DNA from: Escherichia phage JEP8
Sequence record: MT764208.1
Length of the DNA: 64,000 bases
Reading direction: 5' to 3' (one strand)
The translations under genes were made by a program, and so were the position numbers. The notes under the pieces are model-generated. The model did no database searches and was not told the DNA's origin. It saw only the letters and a program-made list of their open reading frames with translations. Shown here in pieces: positions 1-9,651 of this stretch. Each line of letters starts with the position of its first letter. Position 1 is the first letter of the stretch.

Positions 1-657
1 CGCGATCATATAAGATACGGTTTCACTTGCCAGCCATACAGCCTTACGGCGAGTGAAGCTCAGTTTGTAATCACCGAAGTCAGTAGCAACCAGTTTCATG
101 TTGTCTTTACGAATAAAGAAATGGAAGTCGGCGGTTCCGGTATATTCGCCCATGTCAAGACAAAACATCTCATTAGGATTGTTTTTGTCAATCTCTTCCC
201 AGCCTTTGATCATCAGACGACCATCAATCGGTAGAAATTCAAGGCGGTCCACTTTAAGCTGATTGCTCATTTTCATAAGCTGTTTCAGATCGTCGTTGCT
301 CAATTCGTAATCTACATCGCTTGCAGGTGGAGTAACTCGGCCTTTCGGTGATACGATAGCGGCAGCACTAGCACCAGGATAGTTAATTTTCAGTCGATCG
401 TTAGACACACGAATGTTTCCAGTGCGGTTATCAACCGTAATATCTGCTTCATCGCCTACCAGATTCAGAATACCCAAGAAAGAGTTAAGATCGTAAATCC
501 CAATTTCGTGTTCCAGTTCTTGATTCAGAGTCGCTTCACCATATACAACGTTTGTCATGTTTTTGGTGATCAGCACATTTCCTTTTTTCAGGATGATACC
601 TGGGTTAATAGCGGAAAAGTTTTTCAGGGTAGCAATGGTTTCTTTAGTCAGTTTCAT
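1..657 (-). CDS. 45: Sliding clamp gp45, C-terminal end cut by window edge
   Basis: Not in ORF track (no stop in window). Minus-strand translation from ATG at 655-657 reads MKLTKETIATLKNFSAINPGIILKKG...IYDLNSFLGILNLV, matching T4 gp45 as recalled; lies next to gp46 as in T4. Confidence 0.8.
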   Translation of the reverse strand, partial: MKLTKETIATLKNFSAINPGIILKKGNVLITKNMTNVVYGEATLNQELEHEIGIYDLNSFLGILNLVGDEADITVDNRTGNIRVSNDRLKINYPGASAAAIVSPKGRVTPPASDVDYELSNDDLKQLMKMSNQLKVDRLEFLPIDGRLMIKGWEEIDKNNPNEMFCLDMGEYTGTADFHFFIRKDNMKLVATDFGDYKLSFTRRKAVWLASETVSYMIA

Positions 658-687
658 CAAATCACCTTTATCATGTTAATCAATTAA

Positions 688-1065
688 TTACGGGTTCACT
701 TCGTGCTCATTTTGAATCTTTAGCATTCTTTCGATAAATTTTTTCTCGGCTTCCTTATCGGATGAGTGAGTATACTTCAATCCAATGTAAGCTGTCAAGT
801 ATTGTTGCAGAGCATAGACAGTAACAGGATTCTTTGCGGTCTTTTTTCCGTCGAGATATACCAGATCACCACGAACATCAAACGCAAGTTTACGACGAAT
901 CACATCATCAACAAATTTATCTAGGACAAAATACCACTCAATACACTCTATCCCGTGACGGTAGTTCATTACATCATTATCTTTGATATAATCAAACGGA
1001 ATATGACATAATTTACTATTTTGTAGGATGAATAGCATTTGTTCTTTTAAGCTCATACGTTTCAT
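688..1065 (-). CDS. Hypothetical protein (rpbA/45.2 position)
   Basis: ORF track 688-1086; start moved to ATG after SD GGGAAG (MKRMSLKEQ...). No recognisable motif. Confidence 0.45.
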   Translation of the reverse strand: MKRMSLKEQMLFILQNSKLCHIPFDYIKDNDVMNYRHGIECIEWYFVLDKFVDDVIRRKLAFDVRGDLVYLDGKKTAKNPVTVYALQQYLTAYIGLKYTHSSDKEAEKKFIERMLKIQNEHEVNP

Positions 1066-1069
1066 TCTA

Positions 1070-1447
1070 TCACTTCCCATCAGCAATTGCGATCAGACGA
1101 GTTACTACTACGCTAGCGGCTTCAATCAGCAGTTCATCAGTGTCAATCTGATAACTTTTTTCGAGAATATCTTTACCTCGAATAGTTTTAGCGCCTTTAG
1201 CAATTGAATCATCGTAATACTTGCGCATTGCAGCGATCCATTCTTTTTGCACCATATCATCAATATGCGCGTACAGTTCAAAGCGTGCTTGCTGCGGGAT
1301 AACCTTCATTTTAGCTTTCTCGCTTTCTGGCATTTGTAGTACCCACGCTTTACGGATCTTGTTCATTGCTCGGTCAAATTCGAGACTGGTTTTCTTGTTC
1401 TGAATGTCTGCTACAGTAATTTTAGCCAGGTTTGCGGAAGTAGTCAT
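1070..1447 (-). CDS. Hypothetical protein
   Basis: ORF track 1070-1462; start moved to ATG 9 nt after GGAG (MTTSANLAK...). Confidence 0.45.
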   Translation of the reverse strand: MTTSANLAKITVADIQNKKTSLEFDRAMNKIRKAWVLQMPESEKAKMKVIPQQARFELYAHIDDMVQKEWIAAMRKYYDDSIAKGAKTIRGKDILEKSYQIDTDELLIEAASVVVTRLIAIADGK

Positions 1448-1477
1448 AATATTAATCTCCAAAATAAAATCAGTATA

Positions 1478-1708
1478 TCACGTTCTAAAGTTTGTTGCAA
1501 CCCCAGCATCAGGGTAATCAAGTTTATCAAATTTGGGGACCAGCATAAACTCATGATGACGACAAGACAACATTTTTGTTATGTCTTCATCGCTGTATAT
1601 GCTGTTTTTCATATCCCCCATACTAACTACATATTCTTCACCGGAATATAGATTGATTAATGTATACAATTCTAACTCCGGCTGCGTTACTCTGTCAAAT
1701 GTTAACAT
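1478..1708 (-). CDS. Hypothetical small protein
   Basis: 76-aa ORF whose ATG overlaps the gp46 stop; possible translational coupling. Confidence 0.35.
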   Translation of the reverse strand: MLTFDRVTQPELELYTLINLYSGEEYVVSMGDMKNSIYSDEDITKMLSCRHHEFMLVPKFDKLDYPDAGVATNFRT

Positions 1709-3392
1709 TCATTTCAGTGAATCGCCCACGTTTAACCATCTTGAGATGACGGCTAAAATCATCAGGGTTATGGTCACGATGGCTGATAATATACACGTTA
1801 TCATCTAACTTGTCAATGATGGAATCAAGTGCTTTTACGCCTTGAACGTCAGTAGCCCCATCATAGATTTCATCGAGTACCAACAAAGAAATATTAGTAC
1901 CAGATACTTTACCAGCAACATCACGCCATGTAAAGAGCATCGCAAGATCAATACGTGCTTTTTCGCCTTGACTGAATGATGTATACGAAAACGATTCACG
2001 CCCCCGTGATTTGATTGTTTCGTTAAACTCTTCATCTAACGTAAAGATATAATCCGCTTCCATGATCTCCAGATAATAAGCAATTCGATCATTGAAATAT
2101 GGAATATATTTCTTGACGATAGACGCCTTAACACCGGAATCCTTCAACATTTCTGTTACAAATCCGCGATGATATTTTTCAAGAACTAGTTTTGATTTTT
2201 CATTGGTAATCTCTACCAGTTCGTGTTCCAGTTTAGCAAGTTCTTCGGAATTGTCAACCCTTTCTTTTTGTAATTCCTGAATTGCTTTCTGGATCTGTTT
2301 AGCCCGACCTACAGATGCCGTTAAATTAGCTCTCTGTGACTCTATAGCGCGTTTAATTTCCAAGACCTTAGTTTGTGCTGTCTGGAAAGAATTGGCTTTC
2401 TCTGCGTATTCTACGCGCTTCTCGTCAATCAGAGACAGCTTATGTTCTGCTTGTGCTTTTTGCTCGCGCACCGCTTGATCATTACCCTGAATGATCGGTT
2501 GTGTACACGTAGGACAGACACCGCCTTTCTCGTGCATATGGATAACACGATCAAAGTTCTGGATCTGTGCCCCAATCTGTGCGATAGCCGTATTAATTTT
2601 AGCCAATGCCGCGCTGGGATCTTCCGGCATAACAACAGCCAATAGCTCATCGGTCAAGCGAGTTTCTTCGGCTTTAAATGCTTTAGCCGATTCCACCTCT
2701 TTATCATACATATTCTGTAAACGCTGGAGATTCTCGGCACTCGCCTTGCTAGCGTCTTCTATGTACTTTTTATGAGTGTTGATTTGTTGCTGAACGTGAT
2801 TAGCTTTCATTTCCTGCATTTGGATATTCTGGGTAATCTCGCGCACATACGCTTTATTCAGTTTATCCATTTCGCCTAGCGTAGCAATATCAAGCAAATC
2901 CTCGACCAGCTTACGGCGACCCGCTGCCGGAAGACTCATAAACGGAACATAACCCGCAGTGCCTAAAACAACAATCTGCTTAAAGCTGGCTAGGTTCATG
3001 CCTATGATACCTTCAAAATATTCCTGAAAGTCTTTGGTGCTTGCGCTCTCATCGATCTTTTGACCGTCGCGATGCACTTCGAATACTTCCGGCTTTTGTC
3101 CACGTTTAATATAAAATTCTTTCCCGTCCAGTTCAAACCAGACTTCGACTAACAGTTTCTTTTTGTTGACGCTGTTAATCAATTGGCCTTTCTTGATACT
3201 ACGAAACGGTTTACCAAACAATACAAAGCAAAGCGCCTCGATCATTGTTGATTTACCAGCACCGTTAACACCAGTGATCAGTGTCTTTTTGAATCCGTCT
3301 AGCTGAATCTCAACAGGTTCAGCACCCACGCTCATTATATTTTGATAGCGCAAGGTTTTAAAATTTAACTTTGCCATTAAGCCACTCCGCAA
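1695..3392 (-). CDS. 46: Recombination endonuclease subunit gp46 (SbcC/Rad50-like ATPase)
   Basis: 565 aa; Walker A GVNGAGKST, long coiled-coil middle, C-terminal LVLDEIYDGATD; adjacent to gp47 as in T4. Confidence 0.9.
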   Translation of the reverse strand: MRSGLMAKLNFKTLRYQNIMSVGAEPVEIQLDGFKKTLITGVNGAGKSTMIEALCFVLFGKPFRSIKKGQLINSVNKKKLLVEVWFELDGKEFYIKRGQKPEVFEVHRDGQKIDESASTKDFQEYFEGIIGMNLASFKQIVVLGTAGYVPFMSLPAAGRRKLVEDLLDIATLGEMDKLNKAYVREITQNIQMQEMKANHVQQQINTHKKYIEDASKASAENLQRLQNMYDKEVESAKAFKAEETRLTDELLAVVMPEDPSAALAKINTAIAQIGAQIQNFDRVIHMHEKGGVCPTCTQPIIQGNDQAVREQKAQAEHKLSLIDEKRVEYAEKANSFQTAQTKVLEIKRAIESQRANLTASVGRAKQIQKAIQELQKERVDNSEELAKLEHELVEITNEKSKLVLEKYHRGFVTEMLKDSGVKASIVKKYIPYFNDRIAYYLEIMEADYIFTLDEEFNETIKSRGRESFSYTSFSQGEKARIDLAMLFTWRDVAGKVSGTNISLLVLDEIYDGATDVQGVKALDSIIDKLDDNVYIISHRDHNPDDFSRHLKMVKRGRFTEMNVNI

Positions 3393-3621
3393 TCACACAT
3401 TCCATAATATTAAATGCTAACACATCTTCATCAATGTTGTAAACACTTGCAGCCTTCACTTTAACTAGTGTGTCTCTGCGATCTGGCAACATGATCACAT
3501 AATCCAGTGTCGCCGGATCATATGTCATAAAGGGATCAATGTAAATCCCTTTATTCAATGCCAGATATTCGCGAAGACCTTCTATAACCCTGTGTCTAAG
3601 GTAGGTCATCGATAGAATCAT
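3358..3621 (-). CDS. Hypothetical protein
   Basis: 87-aa ORF between gp46 and gp47 (T4 46.1/46.2 position). Confidence 0.4.
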   Translation of the reverse strand: MILSMTYLRHRVIEGLREYLALNKGIYIDPFMTYDPATLDYVIMLPDRRDTLVKVKAASVYNIDEDVLAFNIMECVIAEWLNGKVKF

Positions 3622-4214
3622 TTTAGTTTATGTTCCTCTAAAAATTCTTCAATTTCACCTTGCAGGTCTTCCGCTTGCTGTTCCAGAATATCGCGAAATT
3701 CACCTACAGTCAAGCGGTGATCACATTTCACCAGTCTATGCGGGAGAATATACCCCTTGTACATTGTCTCTGACGCTTCCAGGAATACCCCGCTATGCAT
3801 GACAGAGATCCAACCTGTTAGAGTCAATGGAGTATTCGGAAAATAATATTTGCTGGATTGTTTCCACTGGACGAAAGCACCATATACAATCGGATTATAT
3901 TCACCAACCACACTCTTAATAATAGCTTCTACTTTGTCTTTTACAAATACGCCCATATCCATATTGATCATCAATTCTTGTGGATGTATCACTTTAAGAT
4001 AACGATGATAACCATCATCATAATACAGCTTAACCACTGGCTGACCCCACGTAGATGAAATATTCGCTTTCAGATAACCATAAATCGGATTCTTGTAATG
4101 TGATTGTTTTATCGTGTAGTTATGCAACAGCGTAATAAAATGTTGCATTACCAATTTATCTGGATCAGCCGCGACCATAGTCGTATTCATAATATGTTCC
4201 CCCTTCAATCTCAT
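3618..4214 (-). CDS. Hypothetical protein
   Basis: 198-aa ORF; start uncertain (overlaps upstream ORF by 50 nt). Confidence 0.45.
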   Translation of the reverse strand: MRLKGEHIMNTTMVAADPDKLVMQHFITLLHNYTIKQSHYKNPIYGYLKANISSTWGQPVVKLYYDDGYHRYLKVIHPQELMINMDMGVFVKDKVEAIIKSVVGEYNPIVYGAFVQWKQSSKYYFPNTPLTLTGWISVMHSGVFLEASETMYKGYILPHRLVKCDHRLTVGEFRDILEQQAEDLQGEIEEFLEEHKLK

Positions 4215-4482
4215 ATTGTTTCAGGTCTTCTAAAAGTTCATCCATTGCTTGTTTCAGCACATGACGCAGCGTAAAGTAATAGCTTTCATCAAATTCTATT
4301 TCATCGCGAGGAATAGAGCGAAACTTACACTTAACGGTAGTGTCAGTGAGTCGCTTTTCGAGCATCATCCGAACTTCTTCATGCTCTTTGGAATACCATA
4401 CATCAACGGAGATCCCCTTACGGCGAGCAAACATAGGCAACGCTGCATTAAATTCCATTACTTTTTGTGCAAGTGTTTTCAT
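4165..4482 (-). CDS. Hypothetical protein
   Basis: 105-aa ORF, co-oriented and tightly packed. Confidence 0.4.
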   Translation of the reverse strand: MKTLAQKVMEFNAALPMFARRKGISVDVWYSKEHEEVRMMLEKRLTDTTVKCKFRSIPRDEIEFDESYYFTLRHVLKQAMDELLEDLKQYEIEGGTYYEYDYGRG

Positions 4483-4730
4483 CGTACAGACTCCATAGAC
4501 CCACGAGCAATAACATTCTGGGTAATATCAGCAACCTTACGGGATACGATGGTTGCTAGTTCCAGTCTAGTGATATTGTCTCGGTCGAAAGGAATTTCAT
4601 CATGTGTCCACATCCCGTAATTAGAACGGAAGGATAGCATATGTTGACCATTCCGAACAACCTCAAAAACTCGGATCTTAGTAAACTTCTCTAAACTTGC
4701 GTTAAATTCTTTCAGTGTGTCGGTAATCAT
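4479..4730 (-). CDS. Hypothetical protein
   Basis: 83-aa ORF with SD GGGAGG before ATG. Confidence 0.5.
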   Translation of the reverse strand: MITDTLKEFNASLEKFTKIRVFEVVRNGQHMLSFRSNYGMWTHDEIPFDRDNITRLELATIVSRKVADITQNVIARGSMESVR

Positions 4731-4756
4731 AATAACCTCCCATCAATTTTTTAGAG

Positions 4757-4785
4757 AGTATAACGGGGATTTCTCCCCGCGTCAA
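4757..4785 (-). promoter_or_regulatory. PeSL-like early promoter (TTGACG - GGGG..CCCC hairpin spacer - TATACT)
   Basis: Minus strand reads TTGACG cggggagaaatccccgt TATACT; 17-nt spacer forms a hairpin. Confidence 0.55.
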
Positions 4786-5811
4786 CTAACTTTTTGCGCT
4801 ATTTACTTCGGCTAAAAGCTCATCGGAGATACGCTTAACTGCCGCAAGTTCTTCCGGTTCTAGGTTTTGTTCTTCCAGATATTCATAGACCATCTGAATA
4901 GTGCTTTTAACTTCAATAACACCTGTTTCCTGTGATGCGCTACTCTCCAGCTTATGGACCACTTTTAGCTTGTGTACAACGGCCTCTAACGCGCTTTCTA
5001 ACTTAGTTAACCCATTATCAGCGACCGTTGCAATTAGGCGCACACTAAGCCCTTTAAAGCGTTCTACATCGATTTTATCATCTGACGGGTAAGTGATACG
5101 CACATGATAAGTTTTGTCATTCTGGATAAACTCCTTTTTGTGTGTATCTGTATCGAATACCCAAAAACCACGCGGATCATTTTCGTCGCCAGCCGTTAGT
5201 GTGTATGGTGTACCGATATACGTTACGTTACCGCCATCACTGATAGTATGAAAGTGACCGGAAAACACTTCACGGTATTTCTTGAGGAAGTCCGCGCTAT
5301 AACCTTCGGATTTTAACCCTTTATAGAAATAGTAGCCGGACAATTCCCAATGGCCTACACAATATTCGCTGAATGAATTTTGAATAAACTCTAAAACCTC
5401 GGATTTATTGTCATCACAAAACCACGGGAACAGGTCGAATGATACCCCATCAAAGGTAACTGTTTCCGGCTTATCAATAACCTTAATGCAATCATACTGG
5501 CTTAACACTTCGCGCGGTGCGTTAGGCTGGATCTTATTGCGTTTAAACATATCATGATTCCCGACCGTGATATAACAGGTGATTCCTGCCTCTTCCAGTA
5601 ATGGGATGACCTTAGTACGGTTAAATTTCATGGTTTCATGTGTGATAGCCTTGCGACAATCAAACCAATCCCCTGTTTGAATCCATATCTTAATACCATT
5701 TTCTTTAGAATAATCAACAGCTTTCTTGATCGTGTCTAAAATATACTCATGCACCCACGGATCATCGCCACCGATACCAGTATGCAGATCACCCAAAAGC
5801 AAAATTTTCAT
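4786..5811 (-). CDS. 47: Recombination endonuclease subunit gp47 (SbcD/Mre11-like nuclease)
   Basis: 341 aa; calcineurin-like phosphoesterase motifs GDLH, GDWFD, GNHD, GHFH; SD GAGGAAGAG; pairs with gp46. Confidence 0.9.
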   Translation of the reverse strand: MKILLLGDLHTGIGGDDPWVHEYILDTIKKAVDYSKENGIKIWIQTGDWFDCRKAITHETMKFNRTKVIPLLEEAGITCYITVGNHDMFKRNKIQPNAPREVLSQYDCIKVIDKPETVTFDGVSFDLFPWFCDDNKSEVLEFIQNSFSEYCVGHWELSGYYFYKGLKSEGYSADFLKKYREVFSGHFHTISDGGNVTYIGTPYTLTAGDENDPRGFWVFDTDTHKKEFIQNDKTYHVRITYPSDDKIDVERFKGLSVRLIATVADNGLTKLESALEAVVHKLKVVHKLESSASQETGVIEVKSTIQMVYEYLEEQNLEPEELAAVKRISDELLAEVNSAKS

Positions 5812-5855
5812 AGTCTCTTCCTCTCTTCGTTTTCGATGCTCTCACTATATCATAG

Positions 5856-5890
5856 AAAAATAAAAAGGGAAACCCCTTTCGGAGTCTCCC
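5856..5890 (-). terminator. Rho-independent terminator (minus strand)
   Basis: Minus-strand hairpin gggagactcc-GAAA-ggggtttccc followed by TTTTTATTTTT, just after ORF 5902-6189. Confidence 0.55.
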
Positions 5891-5901
5891 TTATAAAGCC
5901 A

Positions 5902-6189
5902 TTACAGCATACTTAATACCGTTTGCCGTGTACTAATCCACATAGCAGAAAGCAGTTCTGGCGTGTGTGGCTGTTTGTAGATATCACGTAACTTTCCGAT
6001 AGCGTAGATATACGCATCACGGTTATCATCGATGATAGCTTGTTCAGCCCACCGCTTAAGGCGTGCAATCTCTCGCGAGTTCTTACGCAAGATCTTTTCC
6101 GCTTTCTTAGCGGCTTTAGCCTCTAGTTCTGCTTGTACTTTGTCTACTTCATTCACTGCAATCTTGTCATGCTGTTCATCGTAAGTCAT
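5902..6189 (-). CDS. Hypothetical protein
   Basis: 95 aa, charged/coiled-coil-like; SD GAGG before ATG. Confidence 0.5.
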   Translation of the reverse strand: MTYDEQHDKIAVNEVDKVQAELEAKAAKKAEKILRKNSREIARLKRWAEQAIIDDNRDAYIYAIGKLRDIYKQPHTPELLSAMWISTRQTVLSML

Positions 6190-6190
6190 G

Positions 6191-6424
6191 TTATTTTACC
6201 TCTGGGATATAATCAATTATTAAAGAAAATTCATCTTCTGATACATTATAGCTATGTGAGATTGTACCCGTCAAGACCTCAAGATCCGGTGATTTGATAT
6301 TGCACGGATCGATAATCACCGGAACGCCGCAATCTCTCAAAAATAATTTGGCGAAATACGGCACGAGGTCAGTTTCAAACTCTGCTTCTTCCAGCAAACG
6401 GGAAATGTTAATTTTCAATCTCAT
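6191..6424 (-). CDS. Hypothetical protein
   Basis: 77-aa ORF overlapping the 3' end of gene 55 by 17 nt. Confidence 0.4.
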   Translation of the reverse strand: MRLKINISRLLEEAEFETDLVPYFAKLFLRDCGVPVIIDPCNIKSPDLEVLTGTISHSYNVSEDEFSLIIDYIPEVK

Positions 6425-6941
6425 AAAATTGGTCCAGGCTAGGCAATTCCTCAGTCAATACATCTTCAACCTTTGGCGCTTTCGGTTTATTGACCGATTC
6501 CTCGTAGTTGTTGATTTTATCGTAAATGTCCTGTATGAATGCCTCATCAGCAATCTGGCACATATCAGCGTCGCGTTCGTCATATACATGATGCACAAAA
6601 TATTTGTATTTTGCGGCTGTCGCTGTTCTCTCTTTTTTAATGCGCTGTACAAAAGCATTAAAGCACGCTTGCGTGATGTAAGCATGAGGATTTTTATACT
6701 TTGTCTCGTCAAAATTAATCAAACCCTTGACCGCCGCTTCGATTCCGTCGTCGATCATTTCTTCGCGCCATGTTTGACTATAACCAGAAAAGTTAAAACG
6801 ACGTGATAGATTTTTAGAGATTTGCATAATTGCTAGGCCGATTTGATCGCTCATTGGAACTTGCCGACCTTCTGCTGCAATTTGTTGTTTCCAACGGCAA
6901 ATTTCTTCGTAAAGCTCTTTATTGTTTACATAATCAGACAC
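6408..6941 (-). CDS. 55: Late-transcription sigma factor gp55
   Basis: 177 aa; long stretch FNFSGY...[28 protein letters not shown] matches T4 gp55 as recalled. Apparent GTG start after SD GAGGG (no in-frame ATG upstream). Confidence 0.9.
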   Translation of the reverse strand: MSDYVNNKELYEEICRWKQQIAAEGRQVPMSDQIGLAIMQISKNLSRRFNFSGYSQTWREEMIDDGIEAAVKGLINFDETKYKNPHAYITQACFNAFVQRIKKERTATAAKYKYFVHHVYDERDADMCQIADEAFIQDIYDKINNYEESVNKPKAPKVEDVLTEELPSLDQFYEIEN

Positions 6942-6981
6942 TTCGCACCCTCGCTATTATTTAGGAAATAACCCTTTCGGG

Positions 6982-8451
6982 CTATTCCCCATTACCATTA
7001 TACTTTCTTTGCTTAGTTATCCACACTCTAACCATCTCTACTGATTCACCGTCAGACGGATCAAGAGTTTTTCCTTTTTTCTTCATGCGATACTTAAATC
7101 CGTTAAATCTTGCATTCTCTTGCTCGTTAAAGTCGAACATCTTTTTAAATGATTTTCTCCCTTTACGCTCACCACATTCTAGCGGAATCATTCGGTCTGT
7201 TATTACATTGGCATTAGGTAGAAACGTTTTTAGATAATCCACCAACGCCCAATCAGGAACATATAGATTAACATTCTCCTTGCTCTCGTTGTCTCTCAGG
7301 TTACAACGCAAACATAATTGAAATGCTGGTTCCAGATAATCAGACACATGACGCGCTTTCAAAAACTCGTTTGTCGGGAGATCACAACTATTAGCAAGAC
7401 CTTTTAAAATATCAATCTCCCATCGTTGAGGGTTAAAGCTGAACATCACAGCAACATTTTTATGATGAATGTAAGAGTTAAGACCATAAGATCCGTAAGG
7501 TATCCGCTCACCAATACCATTTGTGCACGCTTCACGGTCCCGATTCACGGTATAAATGAAGTCATCGCCACATTCATTTTTAACCATATCAACAAGACGT
7601 TCAAAGGTATTGTTTGTTTCTGACTGGTGACGCGACCAGCGTTCGGAGTCAGTCATAAGGATGATGTTAACTCTATCTGTATTTTTATACTCTTTGAAAT
7701 ATAGTCTGGATTCTAGCGCACTCGGAACAAAATCGCAATTTGCATAGTATCGTAGATACTTCCCACTATATGTATCAAAGAGATTTGCACATGCTATCGT
7801 AACCTTTTTAAAGTCTCCCCACGTACCGTGTTTGTTATCGTTCAAGAAAACAATTTTCGACCCATTCTTCCGGTGTCCTTCGTTATGTTTTACCATAACG
7901 TTGATTTTCTTCTCTAATAACGCCTCATAAAGCCCTCTAAGAGAAGAATCGATCATATCAGTACCATCCTTTGCACTTTCTATCTTTTCTTTGATAGCGG
8001 CCTTCTCAGAGTCTTTTAGAACTAAGTTCTGTAGGCATTCCGATTCGTCGGCGATTGGTTCGCAATGCTTCGTGATAAGTTCAAGATTAGACTTAAACGG
8101 ATACTCATTAAATTCAACCAGTTGAGGAACTTCATCAATGTAAAGAGCATATTCACCAAACATTTTTGAACGTTCCATATTAGATAACGCTGTATGTGTA
8201 ATGAATATCACATCAGCACCGTCTTTAACTGATTGCATTATCGACGCTTGCACTGTCTTAAGGCTTCTTAGTCTTGTGCTATCGATCAAGACAGCACGAC
8301 CGCCCATTCTTTTAAACTTATTGTAAGATTGTTCACTTAAAACACGAGATGGCGAAGCAATAACCGCTTTTTCTTTTGTCTCTAGGACGTGGGAAAGTAT
8401 AGCATCAGTTTTCCCCGCCGCTGGCAATGCGATTAATGTTTCAATCTTCAT
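6982..8451 (-). CDS. P-loop NTPase of unknown function (helicase-like N-terminal motifs)
   Basis: 489 aa; Walker A-like ALPAAGKT, then IASPSR, Walker B-like ALYIDEV. Occupies the position immediately upstream of gene 55; no alpha-glucosyltransferase-like gene present. Confidence 0.6.
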   Translation of the reverse strand: MKIETLIALPAAGKTDAILSHVLETKEKAVIASPSRVLSEQSYNKFKRMGGRAVLIDSTRLRSLKTVQASIMQSVKDGADVIFITHTALSNMERSKMFGEYALYIDEVPQLVEFNEYPFKSNLELITKHCEPIADESECLQNLVLKDSEKAAIKEKIESAKDGTDMIDSSLRGLYEALLEKKINVMVKHNEGHRKNGSKIVFLNDNKHGTWGDFKKVTIACANLFDTYSGKYLRYYANCDFVPSALESRLYFKEYKNTDRVNIILMTDSERWSRHQSETNNTFERLVDMVKNECGDDFIYTVNRDREACTNGIGERIPYGSYGLNSYIHHKNVAVMFSFNPQRWEIDILKGLANSCDLPTNEFLKARHVSDYLEPAFQLCLRCNLRDNESKENVNLYVPDWALVDYLKTFLPNANVITDRMIPLECGERKGRKSFKKMFDFNEQENARFNGFKYRMKKKGKTLDPSDGESVEMVRVWITKQRKYNGNGE

Positions 8452-8738
8452 TAGAAACCCTTACGTCGTGCTTTCTGGCATTTCTTGATCATTTTATCAG
8501 AAATTTCGCGCTTAGGTGCAAGCTCTTTCACACCGAAAGCACTAATGCCAAATTCAGAGAGAATATATTCAACCAACAATTCACGCACACGCGCTTTACC
8601 GATATTCACGCCGTTATTTTTCAGATATGTCTGGCCTTCGACTTGCATCAGATCTAAATCAGCGTCGGTAATATTGATTTCTTCCATGCGCCCAAATCGA
8701 GAGTAAACCATGTGTGCGATTGCATTGTGTACTAACAT
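8451..8738 (-). CDS. Hypothetical protein
   Basis: ORF track 8451-8756 starts at TTG; moved to ATG after SD GAGGAA (MLVHNAIAHM...). Confidence 0.45.
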   Translation of the reverse strand: MLVHNAIAHMVYSRFGRMEEINITDADLDLMQVEGQTYLKNNGVNIGKARVRELLVEYILSEFGISAFGVKELAPKREISDKMIKKCQKARRKGF

Positions 8739-8759
8739 AATATATTCCTCACTCAAGAA

Positions 8760-8867
8760 TTACTTAATGATACTTACTTTACCAGATCCATGACAATGAG
8801 CGCAACACCCATCACCACGTAATCCTGTTCCGTTACAGTGTTTACACTTCTTCAACGGTAAAGTCAT
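8760..8867 (-). CDS. Mini-protein with two DnaJ-type CxxCxGxG zinc-finger repeats (35 aa)
   Basis: Below ORF-track cutoff. Translation MTLPLKKCKHCNGTGLRGDGCCAHCHGSGKVSIIK; repeats CKHCNGTG and CAHCHGSG. No clear SD. Confidence 0.35.
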   Translation of the reverse strand: MTLPLKKCKHCNGTGLRGDGCCAHCHGSGKVSIIK

Positions 8868-8907
8868 TATAGCAAATAAAGCAATAATGAACACCGAAAC
8901 TAAATTC

Positions 8908-9177
8908 TCAATAATCATAAATCGCCCTCAGTTCTTTATAGCCTCCAATGTGCTCGTTGTCAATGAATATCTGGGGGTATACAAACCGGAGGCTCTTTGA
9001 GTTCAGCCTCCCCGCCAGTTCTTCAATCATATCACGGTCGGGAATAATGTCAACCCCGACCTGCTTGAATACTGGTTTAAGTGTATACGGAATACCCAGA
9101 TCATCCAGTAGCTTCATTGCACTAATACAACCATAACAATGATAAGCCTCTTTAGGTATACCGTATATCTCGATCAT
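8908..9177 (-). CDS. nrdH: Glutaredoxin-like protein (NrdH-like)
   Basis: 89 aa; CxxC active site (CYGC) near N-terminus; located next to the nrdG/nrdD cluster. Confidence 0.7.
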   Translation of the reverse strand: MIEIYGIPKEAYHCYGCISAMKLLDDLGIPYTLKPVFKQVGVDIIPDRDMIEELAGRLNSKSLRFVYPQIFIDNEHIGGYKELRAIYDY

Positions 9178-9650
9178 TTCTCAGCCTTTAATCTTTCTAG
9201 TTCTTCTTCCAGTTCCTTGATCCGTTGGTCACGTTCAAAGTCACGCTGTAACTTAGTGGCGAATACTCGTTTAAACTGATTGTAATCATCGATTTTAAAC
9301 ACTTCTTCTTCGCCATAGCGACGCACAGAAACTTCGTAGTTATTGAAGAATTGTTGCATCATTGCTTCGGATGATAGTTCTGCTGATACTACTTTAAAAT
9401 ATTGATCTTCGGTAGGTGAAAACCAATTACAAGCATAAAGATAAACCTTTTCATTGTCTGGACACTGATAAGCCTTACCATCGATTTCAATCACAGAAAC
9501 ATATTCAGGTATACTGGATGAATCAATAGCTAAGACTTTAAACGCACGGTCCCCGATAAACTCGGAGATCACACGATTCGCATCACTGGTTGCAAATGCT
9601 TTACGCGCTTGTTCGTTTTTCCACTGATAGGTCATACCAACAACAAACAT
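9174..9650 (-). CDS. Paralogous family member A (GKTY/DGK/ERK-F-F module)
   Basis: 158 aa; GMTYQW, IEIDGKAY, EDQYFKVV; charged C-terminal tail (ELEEELERLKAEK). Confidence 0.55.
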   Translation of the reverse strand: MFVVGMTYQWKNEQARKAFATSDANRVISEFIGDRAFKVLAIDSSSIPEYVSVIEIDGKAYQCPDNEKVYLYACNWFSPTEDQYFKVVSAELSSEAMMQQFFNNYEVSVRRYGEEEVFKIDDYNQFKRVFATKLQRDFERDQRIKELEEELERLKAEK

Positions 9651-9651
9651 A

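Noticed and set aside
5856-5890. Promoter cassette upstream of gp47
   Set aside because: Hairpin and leader-like sequence are present but no acceptable -35/-10 pair; treated as a terminator only.
6294-6806. Plus-strand 170-aa ORF
   Set aside because: Lies entirely antisense to gene 55 and a neighbouring minus-strand ORF; low-complexity translation, no RBS.
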